From the NCBI RefSeq assembly GCF_003018115.1, contig NZ_CP027457.1: 64,000 nt of DNA. The stretch is one strand, 5' to 3'. Source of the stretch: Escherichia coli. Its GTDB lineage: Bacteria > Pseudomonadota > Gammaproteobacteria > Enterobacterales > Enterobacteriaceae. The position numbers were made by a program, and so were the translations under genes. Of the stretch, positions 50,635 to 64,000 are shown piece by piece. Position 1 is the first letter of the stretch; every line of letters begins with the position of its first letter. The notes below the pieces were generated by a model. That model was not told the DNA's origin. It was given only the letters and a program-made list of their open reading frames with translations, and did no database searches.

Positions 50635-51756
50635 ATGGTTGCTGAATTGACCGCATTACGCGATCAAATTGATGAAGTCGATAAAGCGCTGCTGAATTTA
50701 TTAGCGAAGCGTCTGGAACTGGTTGCTGAAGTGGGTGAGGTGAAAAGCCGCTTTGGACTGCCTATTTATGTTCCGGAGCGCGAGGCATCTATGTTGGCCT
50801 CGCGTCGTGCAGAGGCGGAAGCTCTGGGTGTACCGCCAGATCTGATTGAGGATGTTTTGCGTCGGGTGATGCGAGAATCTTACTCCAGTGAAAACGACAA
50901 AGGATTTAAAACGCTTTGTCCGTCACTGCGTCCGGTGGTTATCGTCGGCGGTGGCGGTCAGATGGGACGTCTGTTCGAGAAGATGCTGACACTCTCGGGT
51001 TATCAGGTGCGGATTCTGGAGCAACATGACTGGGATCGAGCGGCTGATATTGTTGCCGATGCCGGAATGGTGATTGTTAGTGTGCCAATCCACATTACTG
51101 AGCAAGTTATCGGCAAATTACCGCCTTTACCGAAAGATTGTATTCTGGTTGATCTGGCATCGGTGAAAAATGGACCATTACAGGCCATGCTGGCGGCGCA
51201 CGATGGCCCGGTGTTGGGTCTACACCCAATGTTCGGTCCGGACAGCGGTAGCCTGGCAAAGCAAGTTGTGGTCTGGTGTGATGGACGTAAGCCGGAAGCA
51301 TACCAATGGTTTCTGGAGCAAATTCAGGTCTGGGGCGCTCGGTTGCATCGTATTAGCGCCGTCGAGCACGATCAGAATATGGCGTTTATTCAGGCACTGC
51401 GCCACTTTGCTACTTTTGCTTACGGGCTGCACCTGGCAGAAGAAAATGTTCAGCTTGAGCAACTTCTGGCGCTCTCTTCGCCGATTTACCGCCTTGAGCT
51501 GGCGATGGTCGGGCGACTGTTTGCTCAGGATCCGCAGCTTTATGCCGACATCATTATGTCGTCAGAGCGTAATCTGGCGTTAATCAAACGTTACTATAAG
51601 CGTTTCGGCGAGGCGATTGAGTTGCTGGAGCAGGGCGATAAACAGGCGTTTATTGACAGTTTCCGCAAGGTGGAGCACTGGTTCGGCGATTACGCACAGC
51701 GTTTTCAGAGTGAAAGCCGCGTGTTATTGCGTCAGGCGAATGACAATCGCCAGTAA
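50635..51756 (+). CDS. tyrA: bifunctional chorismate mutase / prephenate dehydrogenase TyrA
   Basis: 373 aa; aroF-tyrA operon. Confidence 0.95.
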   Translation: MVAELTALRDQIDEVDKALLNLLAKRLELVAEVGEVKSRFGLPIYVPEREASMLASRRAEAEALGVPPDLIEDVLRRVMRESYSSENDKGFKTLCPSLRPVVIVGGGGQMGRLFEKMLTLSGYQVRILEQHDWDRAADIVADAGMVIVSVPIHITEQVIGKLPPLPKDCILVDLASVKNGPLQAMLAAHDGPVLGLHPMFGPDSGSLAKQVVVWCDGRKPEAYQWFLEQIQVWGARLHRISAVEHDQNMAFIQALRHFATFAYGLHLAEENVQLEQLLALSSPIYRLELAMVGRLFAQDPQLYADIIMSSERNLALIKRYYKRFGEAIELLEQGDKQAFIDSFRKVEHWFGDYAQRFQSESRVLLRQANDNRQ

Positions 51757-51764
51757 TAATCCAG

Positions 51765-51796
51765 TGCCGGATGATTCACATCATCCGGCACCTTTT
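51765..51796. terminator. bidirectional terminator between tyrA and pheA
   Basis: GTGCCGGATGA-ttcaca-TCATCCGGCAC. Confidence 0.75.
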
Positions 51797-51798
51797 CA

Positions 51799-52959
51799 TC
51801 AGGTTGGATCAACAGGCACTACGTTCTCACTTGGGTAACAGCCCAATACCTTCATTGAACGGGTGATTTCCCCTAACTCTTTCAATGCTTTTTGCATTTC
51901 CGCTGATTCAAGATTGGCCTGAATATCCAGATAAAACATCTCTTCCCATGGATTACCGTGAATCGGGCGTGATTCCAGACGGGTCATAATCAGATTGTGG
52001 TTGCGCAGTACCAGCAACGCTTCAACCAGCGCACCGGCTTGTTGCCCGGTCGCCATTAACAACGTCGTTTTCGCCGGAACCTGATCAGACACGTTAATGG
52101 CTTTACGCGCCAACACCACAAATCGGGTGAAGTTTTGTCGCTGATTCGCTTCAATCCGCTCCAGTACCTGCAAACCGTACAAAGTGCCGCCAGCTTCGCT
52201 TCCCAACGCAGCAACATGCGGTGATTTTGCCTGTGCAACCTTTTCCATTGCCGCAGACGTACTTTCGGTATATTCAATCTTCCAGTGCGGATAACGATTA
52301 AGGAATTTGCTGCATTGCTGGAATGGCTGCGGATGGCTGTAGACCGTATTGATGGTGGATAAATCAGTCGTGCCGGAGACTAACAAACAATGGTCGATAG
52401 TTAACGTCATCTCGCCAACAATCGACAAGCTGGTATGTTGCAGCAGATCGTAAACGTCATTTATGGCACCGGAGCTGGTATTTTCAATCGGTACGACGGC
52501 ATAGTCGGCCTGGCCGGTTTCCACCTGATTAAAAATATCGGCAAATTTGGCGCAGCCACTTTCAATGAATTGCTCAAAGTGACGGGCAGCATACTGGCGC
52601 GCCGCAAGATGGGAATAAGAACCTTTGGGGCCGAGAAAAGCGATGCGTGCTGAGTGCGGATTAATTTTATTGAGATGTTGTTGGAGCAAAGCCTGCTGAG
52701 TTAATACGGAATCTTCAATGATGAGCTGGAACAGGCGAGTAATGTAATGGGCGTCCAGATGGTGCGCTTTACCGAGCGTAATTAATCTTTCCAGTAAATC
52801 GCGTTCACGATCAATATCACGTACCGGGCGATGCGAGAGCAGTTTGGCTTTTCCCACCTCGACGGCCAGTTCGCGCCGCTCTGCCAGTAATGCTAATAAT
52901 TTTTCATCCAGCGCGCTGATTTTCTCTCGCAGCGCCAGTAACGGGTTTTCCGATGTCAT
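51799..52959 (-). CDS. pheA: bifunctional chorismate mutase / prephenate dehydratase PheA
   Basis: 386 aa. Confidence 0.95.
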
Positions 52960-52982
52960 AGTGTTGCCTTTTTGTTATCAAT

Positions 52983-53010
52983 AAAAAAGGCCCCCCGATT
53001 TGGGAGGCCT
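52983..53010 (-). terminator. pheA attenuator terminator hairpin
   Basis: GC-rich near-perfect inverted repeat (GGCCCCCC...GGGAGGCC) followed by U-run on the minus strand, between pheL and pheA. Confidence 0.55.
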
Positions 53011-53057
53011 TATTGTTCGTCTTCGCATTCTGTTTCACACGACGAAACGCCTCCCAT

Positions 53058-53105
53058 TCAGGGGAAGGTAAAAAAGAATGCGAAGAAAAACGGTATGTGT
53101 TTCAT
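53058..53105 (-). CDS. pheL: phe operon leader peptide PheL ([15 protein letters not shown])
   Basis: 15-codon ORF with seven Phe codons upstream of pheA. Confidence 0.9.
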
Positions 53106-53208
53106 GTTTGTTTCCTTAAGTGACTTTAGTACAGTACCCGTACTGTTTTCACGCTGTCAACAAAAAACGCGCCCGAAGGCGCGTTGGCGATACACTCAAT
53201 ATAAAGGA

Positions 53209-53604
<396 letters not shown>

Positions 53605-53826
53605 TCAAAATGTGTGATGGAAATCTCATAATTTTGTCACTTTTTGTCAACGAATCTTTTTTGTGAGAAATCGCAGGAAGAGGTGTTTTTTTACTTGAGG
53701 AATATCTCAAAGCGAGCCATATTTGATGAGATCGATAGTGACTAAATCGCTTCAGTTTCACATTCACAACTAACAGAATAAAAAAACGGCAGCTCAAGGG
53801 CTGCCGTTTTGTGTTTCAGGTTTCTG

Positions 53827-54564
53827 TTATGTATTGCTGCTGTTTGCGGCGATGATTTTCGCTACTTTTTCAGCTTGCGCATTCATCTGCATCTGACGGT
53901 ATGCATTTTCCATCAGCGGCAGCGCATCACGCGTAGCCTGGGTATCCGGGTAGTCGCGCAACATGCCTTCTACGCGGTTAACGACGGCAACCCATGCGCC
54001 ACGTTCTGTATAGTACTCGGCCACGGAGTATTCATATTTCGCCAGACGATCTTTCAGGAATACCAGACGTTTGGTGGCATCGGTGGTGTACTGACTGTTT
54101 GGATAGCCGCGCACCAGTTTGGAAAAGTCACTAAACGCAGCTCGTGCATGTTGAGGATCGCGATCGCTACGGTCAACGCCAAAGAACCCTTGCAGCGCAC
54201 TGTCATCCAGCGCCATATTGGTCAGGCCACGCATGTACATGACATAATCGATATTCGGATGGGTCGGGTTAAGGCGAATAAAACGATCGATGGCAGCCTG
54301 CGCTAACGGCAAATCGGCGTTTTTATAGTAGGCATAGATGAGATCCAGCTGCACCTGCTGCGAATACGGACCAAACGGATAGCGATTATCTAACGCTTCC
54401 AGTTGCGTTATTGCCTGTCTCCAGTTACCGTCCTGCAGCTTTTGTTGTGCAGTCGCGTAAATTTCATTTGGCGGATTATCAGGTACTTCTTCCTTTGACC
54501 CCGAGCAACCCGCCAAAAACAGGCTTAGTGTGGCGGCTGCCACCAGATATTTCATGCGCGTCAT
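53827..54564 (-). CDS. bamD: outer membrane protein assembly factor BamD (YfiO), TPR lipoprotein
   Basis: 245 aa; lipobox LAGC. Confidence 0.95.
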
Positions 54565-54698
54565 GACGTTTTGACTTTCCTCAAAATGTAATACGGGAGA
54601 TTCTCTGTTCCTGCTCCCGGTTAAGACCAGCTACAATAGCACACTATATTAAACGGCAAAGCCGTAAAACCCCAACGATAAACGAAGAAGCAGTATAT

Positions 54699-55679
54699 AT
54701 GGCACAACGAGTACAGCTCACTGCAACGGTGTCCGAAAACCAACTCGGACAACGCTTAGATCAGGCTTTGGCCGAAATGTTCCCGGATTATTCACGTTCG
54801 CGAATAAAAGAATGGATCCTCGACCAGCGCGTGCTGGTTAACGGCAAACTTTGTGATAAGCCGAAAGAAAAAGTATTGGGTGGCGAGCAGGTTGCCATCA
54901 ACGCAGAGATTGAAGAAGAAGCGCGTTTTGAACCGCAGGATATCCCGCTGGATATCGTCTATGAAGATGAAGACATCATCGTCATTAATAAACCGCGCGA
55001 CCTGGTGGTTCATCCTGGCGCGGGTAACCCGGATGGCACGGTACTGAATGCGTTGCTTCATTATTATCCGCCTATTGCCGATGTACCGCGTGCGGGCATC
55101 GTCCATCGTCTGGATAAAGACACCACTGGCCTGATGGTTGTGGCAAAAACCGTTCCGGCTCAGACGCGTTTAGTCGAATCTTTGCAAAGGCGTGAAATTA
55201 CTCGTGAGTACGAAGCGGTGGCGATTGGTCATATGACCGCTGGCGGTACGGTGGATGAGCCAATCAGTCGCCACCCGACCAAACGTACTCACATGGCGGT
55301 GCATCCGATGGGCAAACCGGCGGTGACTCACTATCGCATCATGGAACACTTCCGTGTGCACACGCGTCTGCGGTTGCGTCTGGAAACTGGACGTACGCAC
55401 CAGATCCGCGTGCATATGGCCCATATCACTCATCCGCTGGTGGGCGATCCGGTTTATGGTGGCCGTCCGCGTCCGCCAAAAGGTGCTTCGGAAGCGTTTA
55501 TCTCCACGCTGCGTAAGTTTGACCGCCAGGCGCTTCATGCAACCATGCTGCGTCTTTATCACCCGATCTCCGGTATCGAAATGGAATGGCATGCGCCTAT
55601 TCCACAAGATATGGTGGAGCTGATTGAGGTGATGCGCGCCGATTTCGAAGAGCATAAAGATGAAGTGGACTGGTTATGA
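54699..55679 (+). CDS. rluD: 23S rRNA pseudouridine(1911/1915/1917) synthase RluD
   Basis: 326 aa; S4 domain plus HRLDKDTTG catalytic motif. Confidence 0.95.
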   Translation: MAQRVQLTATVSENQLGQRLDQALAEMFPDYSRSRIKEWILDQRVLVNGKLCDKPKEKVLGGEQVAINAEIEEEARFEPQDIPLDIVYEDEDIIVINKPRDLVVHPGAGNPDGTVLNALLHYYPPIADVPRAGIVHRLDKDTTGLMVVAKTVPAQTRLVESLQRREITREYEAVAIGHMTAGGTVDEPISRHPTKRTHMAVHPMGKPAVTHYRIMEHFRVHTRLRLRLETGRTHQIRVHMAHITHPLVGDPVYGGRPRPPKGASEAFISTLRKFDRQALHATMLRLYHPISGIEMEWHAPIPQDMVELIEVMRADFEEHKDEVDWL

Positions 55680-56407
55680 GTAAGCTGATTGTCCCGCAGT
55701 GGCCGCTGCCAAAAGGTGTTGCGGCCTGTAGCTCTACTCGTATCGGCGGCGTGAGCTTGCCCCCGTATGACTCGCTCAACCTCGGTGCCCATTGTGGCGA
55801 TAACCCGGATCACGTTGAGGAGAATCGCAAGCGACTTTTTGCTGCGGGCAATTTGCCTTCTAAACCGGTCTGGCTTGAGCAGGTACACGGCAAAGATGTG
55901 CTTAAGCTTACTGACGAACCTTATGACTCAAAACGAGCAGATGCCTCTTATAGCAATACGCCCGGCACGGTTTGCGCAGTGATGACTGCCGACTGCCTCC
56001 CTGTGCTGTTTTGCAATCGAGCGGGAACGGAAGTCGCCGCCGCTCATGCTGGCTGGCGTGGACTGTGCGCAGGCGTGCTGGAAGAGACAGTTTCCTGTTT
56101 TGCTGATAATCCAGAAAATATTCTCGCCTGGTTAGGGCCGGCAATTGGTCCACGCGCGTTTGAAGTGGGGGCGGAGGTTCGCGAGGCGTTTATGGCAGTA
56201 GACGCCGAAGCGAGTACAGCTTTCATTCAGCATGGTGATAAGTATCTGGCGGACATTTATCAGCTTGCCCGGCAGCGTCTGGCGAGCGTTGGTGTTGAAC
56301 AAATTTTCGGCGGCGACCGTTGTACATATACGGAAAATGAGACTTTCTTCTCTTATCGTCGCGACAAGACCACCGGTCGTATGGCAAGTTTCATTTGGCT
56401 GATATAA
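55676..56407 (+). CDS. pgeF: purine nucleoside phosphorylase / polyphenol oxidase-like YfiH (PgeF)
   Basis: 243 aa; overlaps rluD stop. Confidence 0.9.
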   Translation: MSKLIVPQWPLPKGVAACSSTRIGGVSLPPYDSLNLGAHCGDNPDHVEENRKRLFAAGNLPSKPVWLEQVHGKDVLKLTDEPYDSKRADASYSNTPGTVCAVMTADCLPVLFCNRAGTEVAAAHAGWRGLCAGVLEETVSCFADNPENILAWLGPAIGPRAFEVGAEVREAFMAVDAEASTAFIQHGDKYLADIYQLARQRLASVGVEQIFGGDRCTYTENETFFSYRRDKTTGRMASFIWLI

Positions 56408-56536
56408 CCTAAAGAATCAAGACGATCCGGTACGCGTGATTTTCTTTTCACATTAATCTGGTCAATAACCTTGAATAATTGAGGGATGACCTCATTTAAT
56501 CTCCAGTAGCAACTTTGATCCGTTATGGGAGGAGTT

Positions 56537-59110
56537 ATGCGTCTGGATCGTCTTACTAATAAATTCCAGCTTGCTCTTGCCGATGCCCAATCACTTGCAC
56601 TCGGGCACGACAACCAATTTATCGAACCACTTCATTTAATGAGCGCCCTGCTGAATCAGGAAGGGGGTTCGGTTAGTCCTTTATTAACATCCGCTGGCAT
56701 AAATGCTGGCCAGTTGCGCACAGATATCAATCAGGCATTAAATCGTTTACCGCAGGTTGAAGGTACTGGTGGTGATGTCCAGCCATCACAGGATCTGGTG
56801 CGCGTTCTTAATCTTTGCGACAAGCTGGCGCAAAAACGTGGTGATAACTTTATCTCGTCAGAACTGTTCGTTCTGGCGGCACTTGAGTCTCGCGGCACGC
56901 TGGCCGACATCCTGAAAGCAGCAGGGGCGACCACCGCCAACATTACTCAAGCGATTGAACAAATGCGTGGAGGTGAAAGCGTGAACGATCAAGGTGCTGA
57001 AGACCAACGTCAGGCTTTGAAAAAATATACCATCGATCTTACCGAACGAGCCGAACAAGGCAAACTCGATCCGGTGATTGGTCGTGATGAAGAAATTCGC
57101 CGTACCATTCAGGTGCTGCAACGTCGTACTAAAAATAACCCGGTACTGATTGGTGAACCCGGCGTCGGTAAAACTGCCATCGTTGAAGGTCTGGCGCAGC
57201 GTATTATCAACGGCGAAGTGCCGGAAGGGTTGAAAGGCCGCCGCGTACTGGCGCTGGATATGGGCGCGCTGGTGGCTGGGGCGAAATATCGCGGTGAGTT
57301 TGAAGAACGTTTAAAAGGCGTGCTTAACGATCTTGCCAAACAGGAAGGCAACGTCATCCTGTTTATCGACGAATTACATACCATGGTCGGCGCGGGTAAA
57401 GCCGATGGCGCAATGGACGCCGGAAACATGCTGAAACCGGCGCTGGCGCGTGGTGAATTGCACTGCGTAGGTGCCACGACGCTTGACGAATATCGCCAGT
57501 ACATCGAAAAAGATGCTGCGCTGGAACGTCGTTTCCAGAAAGTGTTTGTTGCCGAGCCTTCTGTTGAAGATACCATTGCGATTCTGCGTGGCCTGAAAGA
57601 ACGTTACGAATTGCACCACCATGTGCAAATTACTGACCCGGCAATTGTTGCAGCGGCGACGTTGTCTCATCGCTACATTGCTGACCGTCAGCTGCCGGAT
57701 AAAGCCATCGACCTGATCGATGAAGCAGCATCCAGCATTCGTATGCAGATTGACTCAAAACCAGAAGAACTCGACCGACTCGATCGCCGTATCATCCAGC
57801 TCAAACTGGAACAACAGGCGTTAATGAAAGAGTCTGATGAAGCCAGTAAAAAACGTCTGGATATGCTCAACGAAGAACTGAGCGACAAAGAACGTCAGTA
57901 CTCCGAGTTAGAAGAAGAGTGGAAAGCAGAGAAGGCATCGCTTTCTGGTACGCAGACCATTAAAGCGGAACTGGAACAGGCGAAAATCGCTATTGAACAG
58001 GCTCGCCGTGTGGGGGACCTGGCGCGGATGTCTGAACTGCAATACGGCAAAATCCCGGAACTGGAAAAGCAACTGGAAGCCGCAACGCAGCTCGAAGGCA
58101 AAACTATGCGTCTGTTGCGTAATAAAGTGACCGACGCCGAAATTGCTGAAGTGCTGGCGCGTTGGACGGGGATTCCGGTTTCTCGCATGATGGAAAGCGA
58201 GCGCGAAAAACTGCTGCGTATGGAGCAAGAACTGCACCATCGCGTTATTGGTCAGAACGAAGCGGTTGATGCGGTATCTAACGCTATTCGTCGTAGCCGT
58301 GCGGGGCTGGCGGATCCAAATCGCCCGATTGGTTCATTCCTGTTCCTCGGCCCAACTGGTGTGGGGAAAACTGAGCTTTGTAAGGCGCTGGCGAACTTTA
58401 TGTTTGATAGCGACGAGGCGATGGTCCGTATCGATATGTCCGAGTTTATGGAGAAACACTCGGTGTCTCGTCTGGTTGGTGCGCCTCCGGGATATGTTGG
58501 TTATGAAGAAGGTGGCTACCTGACCGAAGCTGTGCGTCGTCGTCCGTATTCCGTTATCCTGCTGGATGAAGTGGAAAAAGCGCATCCGGATGTCTTCAAC
58601 ATTCTGTTGCAGGTACTGGATGATGGGCGTCTGACTGACGGGCAGGGGAGAACGGTCGACTTCCGTAATACGGTTGTCATTATGACCTCTAACCTCGGTT
58701 CAGATCTGATTCAGGAACGCTTCGGTGAACTGGATTATGCGCACATGAAAGAGCTGGTGCTCGGTGTGGTTAGCCATAACTTCCGTCCGGAATTCATTAA
58801 CCGTATCGATGAAGTGGTGGTCTTCCATCCGCTGGGTGAACAGCACATTGCGTCGATTGCGCAGATTCAGTTGAAACGTCTGTATAAACGTCTGGAAGAA
58901 CGTGGTTATGAAATCCACATTTCTGACGAGGCGCTGAAACTGCTGAGCGAGAACGGTTACGATCCGGTCTATGGTGCACGTCCTCTGAAACGTGCAATTC
59001 AGCAGCAGATCGAAAACCCGCTGGCACAGCAAATACTGTCTGGTGAATTGGTTCCGGGTAAAGTGATTCGCCTGGAAGTTAATGAAGACCGGATTGTCGC
59101 CGTCCAGTAA
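56537..59110 (+). CDS. clpB: disaggregase chaperone ClpB
   Basis: 857 aa from [11 protein letters not shown]; two Walker A boxes GEPGVGKT and GPTGVGKT. Confidence 0.95.
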
Positions 59111-59116
59111 ATGATA

Positions 59117-59142
59117 AAACGAGCCCTTCGGGGCTCGTTTTT
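59117..59142 (+). terminator. clpB Rho-independent terminator
   Basis: AAACGAGCCC-ttcg-GGGCTCGTTT followed by TT. Confidence 0.8.
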
Positions 59143-59225
59143 GTCTATAAGTTAGACGGAAAAGACTATATTTAAGATGTTTTGCCTGAAAAGTGAGCGA
59201 ACGATAAAGTTTTTATATTTTTCGC

Positions 59226-59253
59226 TTGTCAGGCCGGAATAACTCCCTATAAT
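59226..59253 (+). promoter_or_regulatory. rRNA operon promoter P1 (-35 TTGTCA, 16-bp spacer, -10 TATAAT)
   Basis: CTTGTCAGGCCGGAATAACTCCCTATAATGCGCCACCACTG is the canonical rrn P1 core. Confidence 0.8.
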
Positions 59254-59344
59254 GCGCCACCACTGACACGGAACAACGGCAAACACGCCGCCGGGTCAGC
59301 GGGGTTCTCCTGAGAATTCCGACAGAGAAAGCAAAAATAAATGC

Positions 59345-59372
59345 TTGACTCTGTAGCGGGAAAGCGTATTAT
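59345..59372 (+). promoter_or_regulatory. rRNA operon promoter P2 (-35 TTGACT, -10 TATTAT)
   Basis: TTGACTCTGTAGCGGGAAAGCGTATTATGCACACCCCGCGCCGCTG. Confidence 0.75.
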
Positions 59373-59553
59373 GCACACCCCGCGCCGCTGAGAAAAAGCG
59401 AAGCGGCACTGCTCTTTAACAATTTATCAGACAATCTGTGTGGGCACTCGAAGATACGGATTCTTAACGTCGCAAGACGAAAAATGAATACCAAGTCTCA
59501 AGAGTGAACACGTAATTCATTACGAAGTTTAATTCTTTGAGCATCAAACTTTT

Positions 59554-61095
<1,542 letters not shown>

Positions 61096-61180
61096 CCTTA
61101 AAGAAGCGTACTTTGCAGTGCTCACACAGATTGTCTGATAGAAAGTGAAAAGCAAGGCGTCTTGCGAAGCAGACTGATAC

Positions 61181-61256
61181 GTCCCCTTCGTCTAGAGGCC
61201 CAGGACACCGCCCTTTCACGGCGGTAACAGGGGTTCGAATCCCCTAGGGGACGCCA
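61181..61256 (+). tRNA. gltW: tRNA-Glu (UUC) in the 16S-23S spacer
   Basis: GTCCCCTTCGTCTAGAGGCCCAGGACACCGCCCTTTCACGGCGGTAACAGGGGTTCGAATCCCCTAGGGGACGCCA, 76 nt. Confidence 0.95.
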
Positions 61257-61449
61257 CTTGCTGGTTTGTGAGTGAAAGTCACCTGCCTTAATATCTCAAA
61301 ACTCATCTTCGGGTGATGTTTGAGATATTTGCTCTTTAAAAATCTGGATCAAGCTGAAAATTGAAACACTGAACAACGAGAGTTGTTCGTGAGTCTCTCA
61401 AATTTTCGCAACACGATGATGAATCGAAAGAAACATCTTCGGGTTGTGA

Positions 61450-64000
<2,551 letters not shown>

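Overview
This window is an Escherichia coli-type chromosomal segment with K-12-like gene order (clpB, pgeF, rluD, bamD, raiA, pheLA, tyrA, aroF, yfiLRNB, rplS, trmD, rimM, rpsP, ffh, ypjD, yfjD, grpE, nadK, recN, bamE, ratBA, smpB, ssrA), ending in an rRNA operon (16S, tRNA-Glu, partial 23S). A roughly 34.2 kb P2/186-family prophage (663..34949) is integrated into the 3' end of ssrA, bounded by a 45-bp direct repeat of the tmRNA 3' end. The prophage has a 186-type lysogeny module, an orphan Dam methyltransferase, a LexA-boxed tum/dinI-like operon, a full P2-type morphogenetic and lysis set with three Ogr-type late promoter dyads, and an invertible tail-fibre segment with a Gin/Hin-family invertase. 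The most interesting content is AT-rich cargo at two positions. At the cos-proximal hotspot between the replication gene and the portal gene sits a 593-aa DUF262-type N-domain fused to a Schlafen/AlbA_2-like C-domain, with no recognisable HNH nuclease, next to a divergently transcribed, strongly acidic 111-aa protein. Flanking the attachment site are a WYL+BRCT 160-aa protein at attR and a 3-TM membrane protein at attL, which would be adjacent and co-directional in the circular phage. Three homopolymer frameshifts interrupt the integrase and both alternative tail-fibre tips, while all host genes read intact. No CRISPR array or IS element was seen. Everything here is from reading the sequence and the supplied ORF track; no database search or computation was run, and domain calls are from motif recognition.
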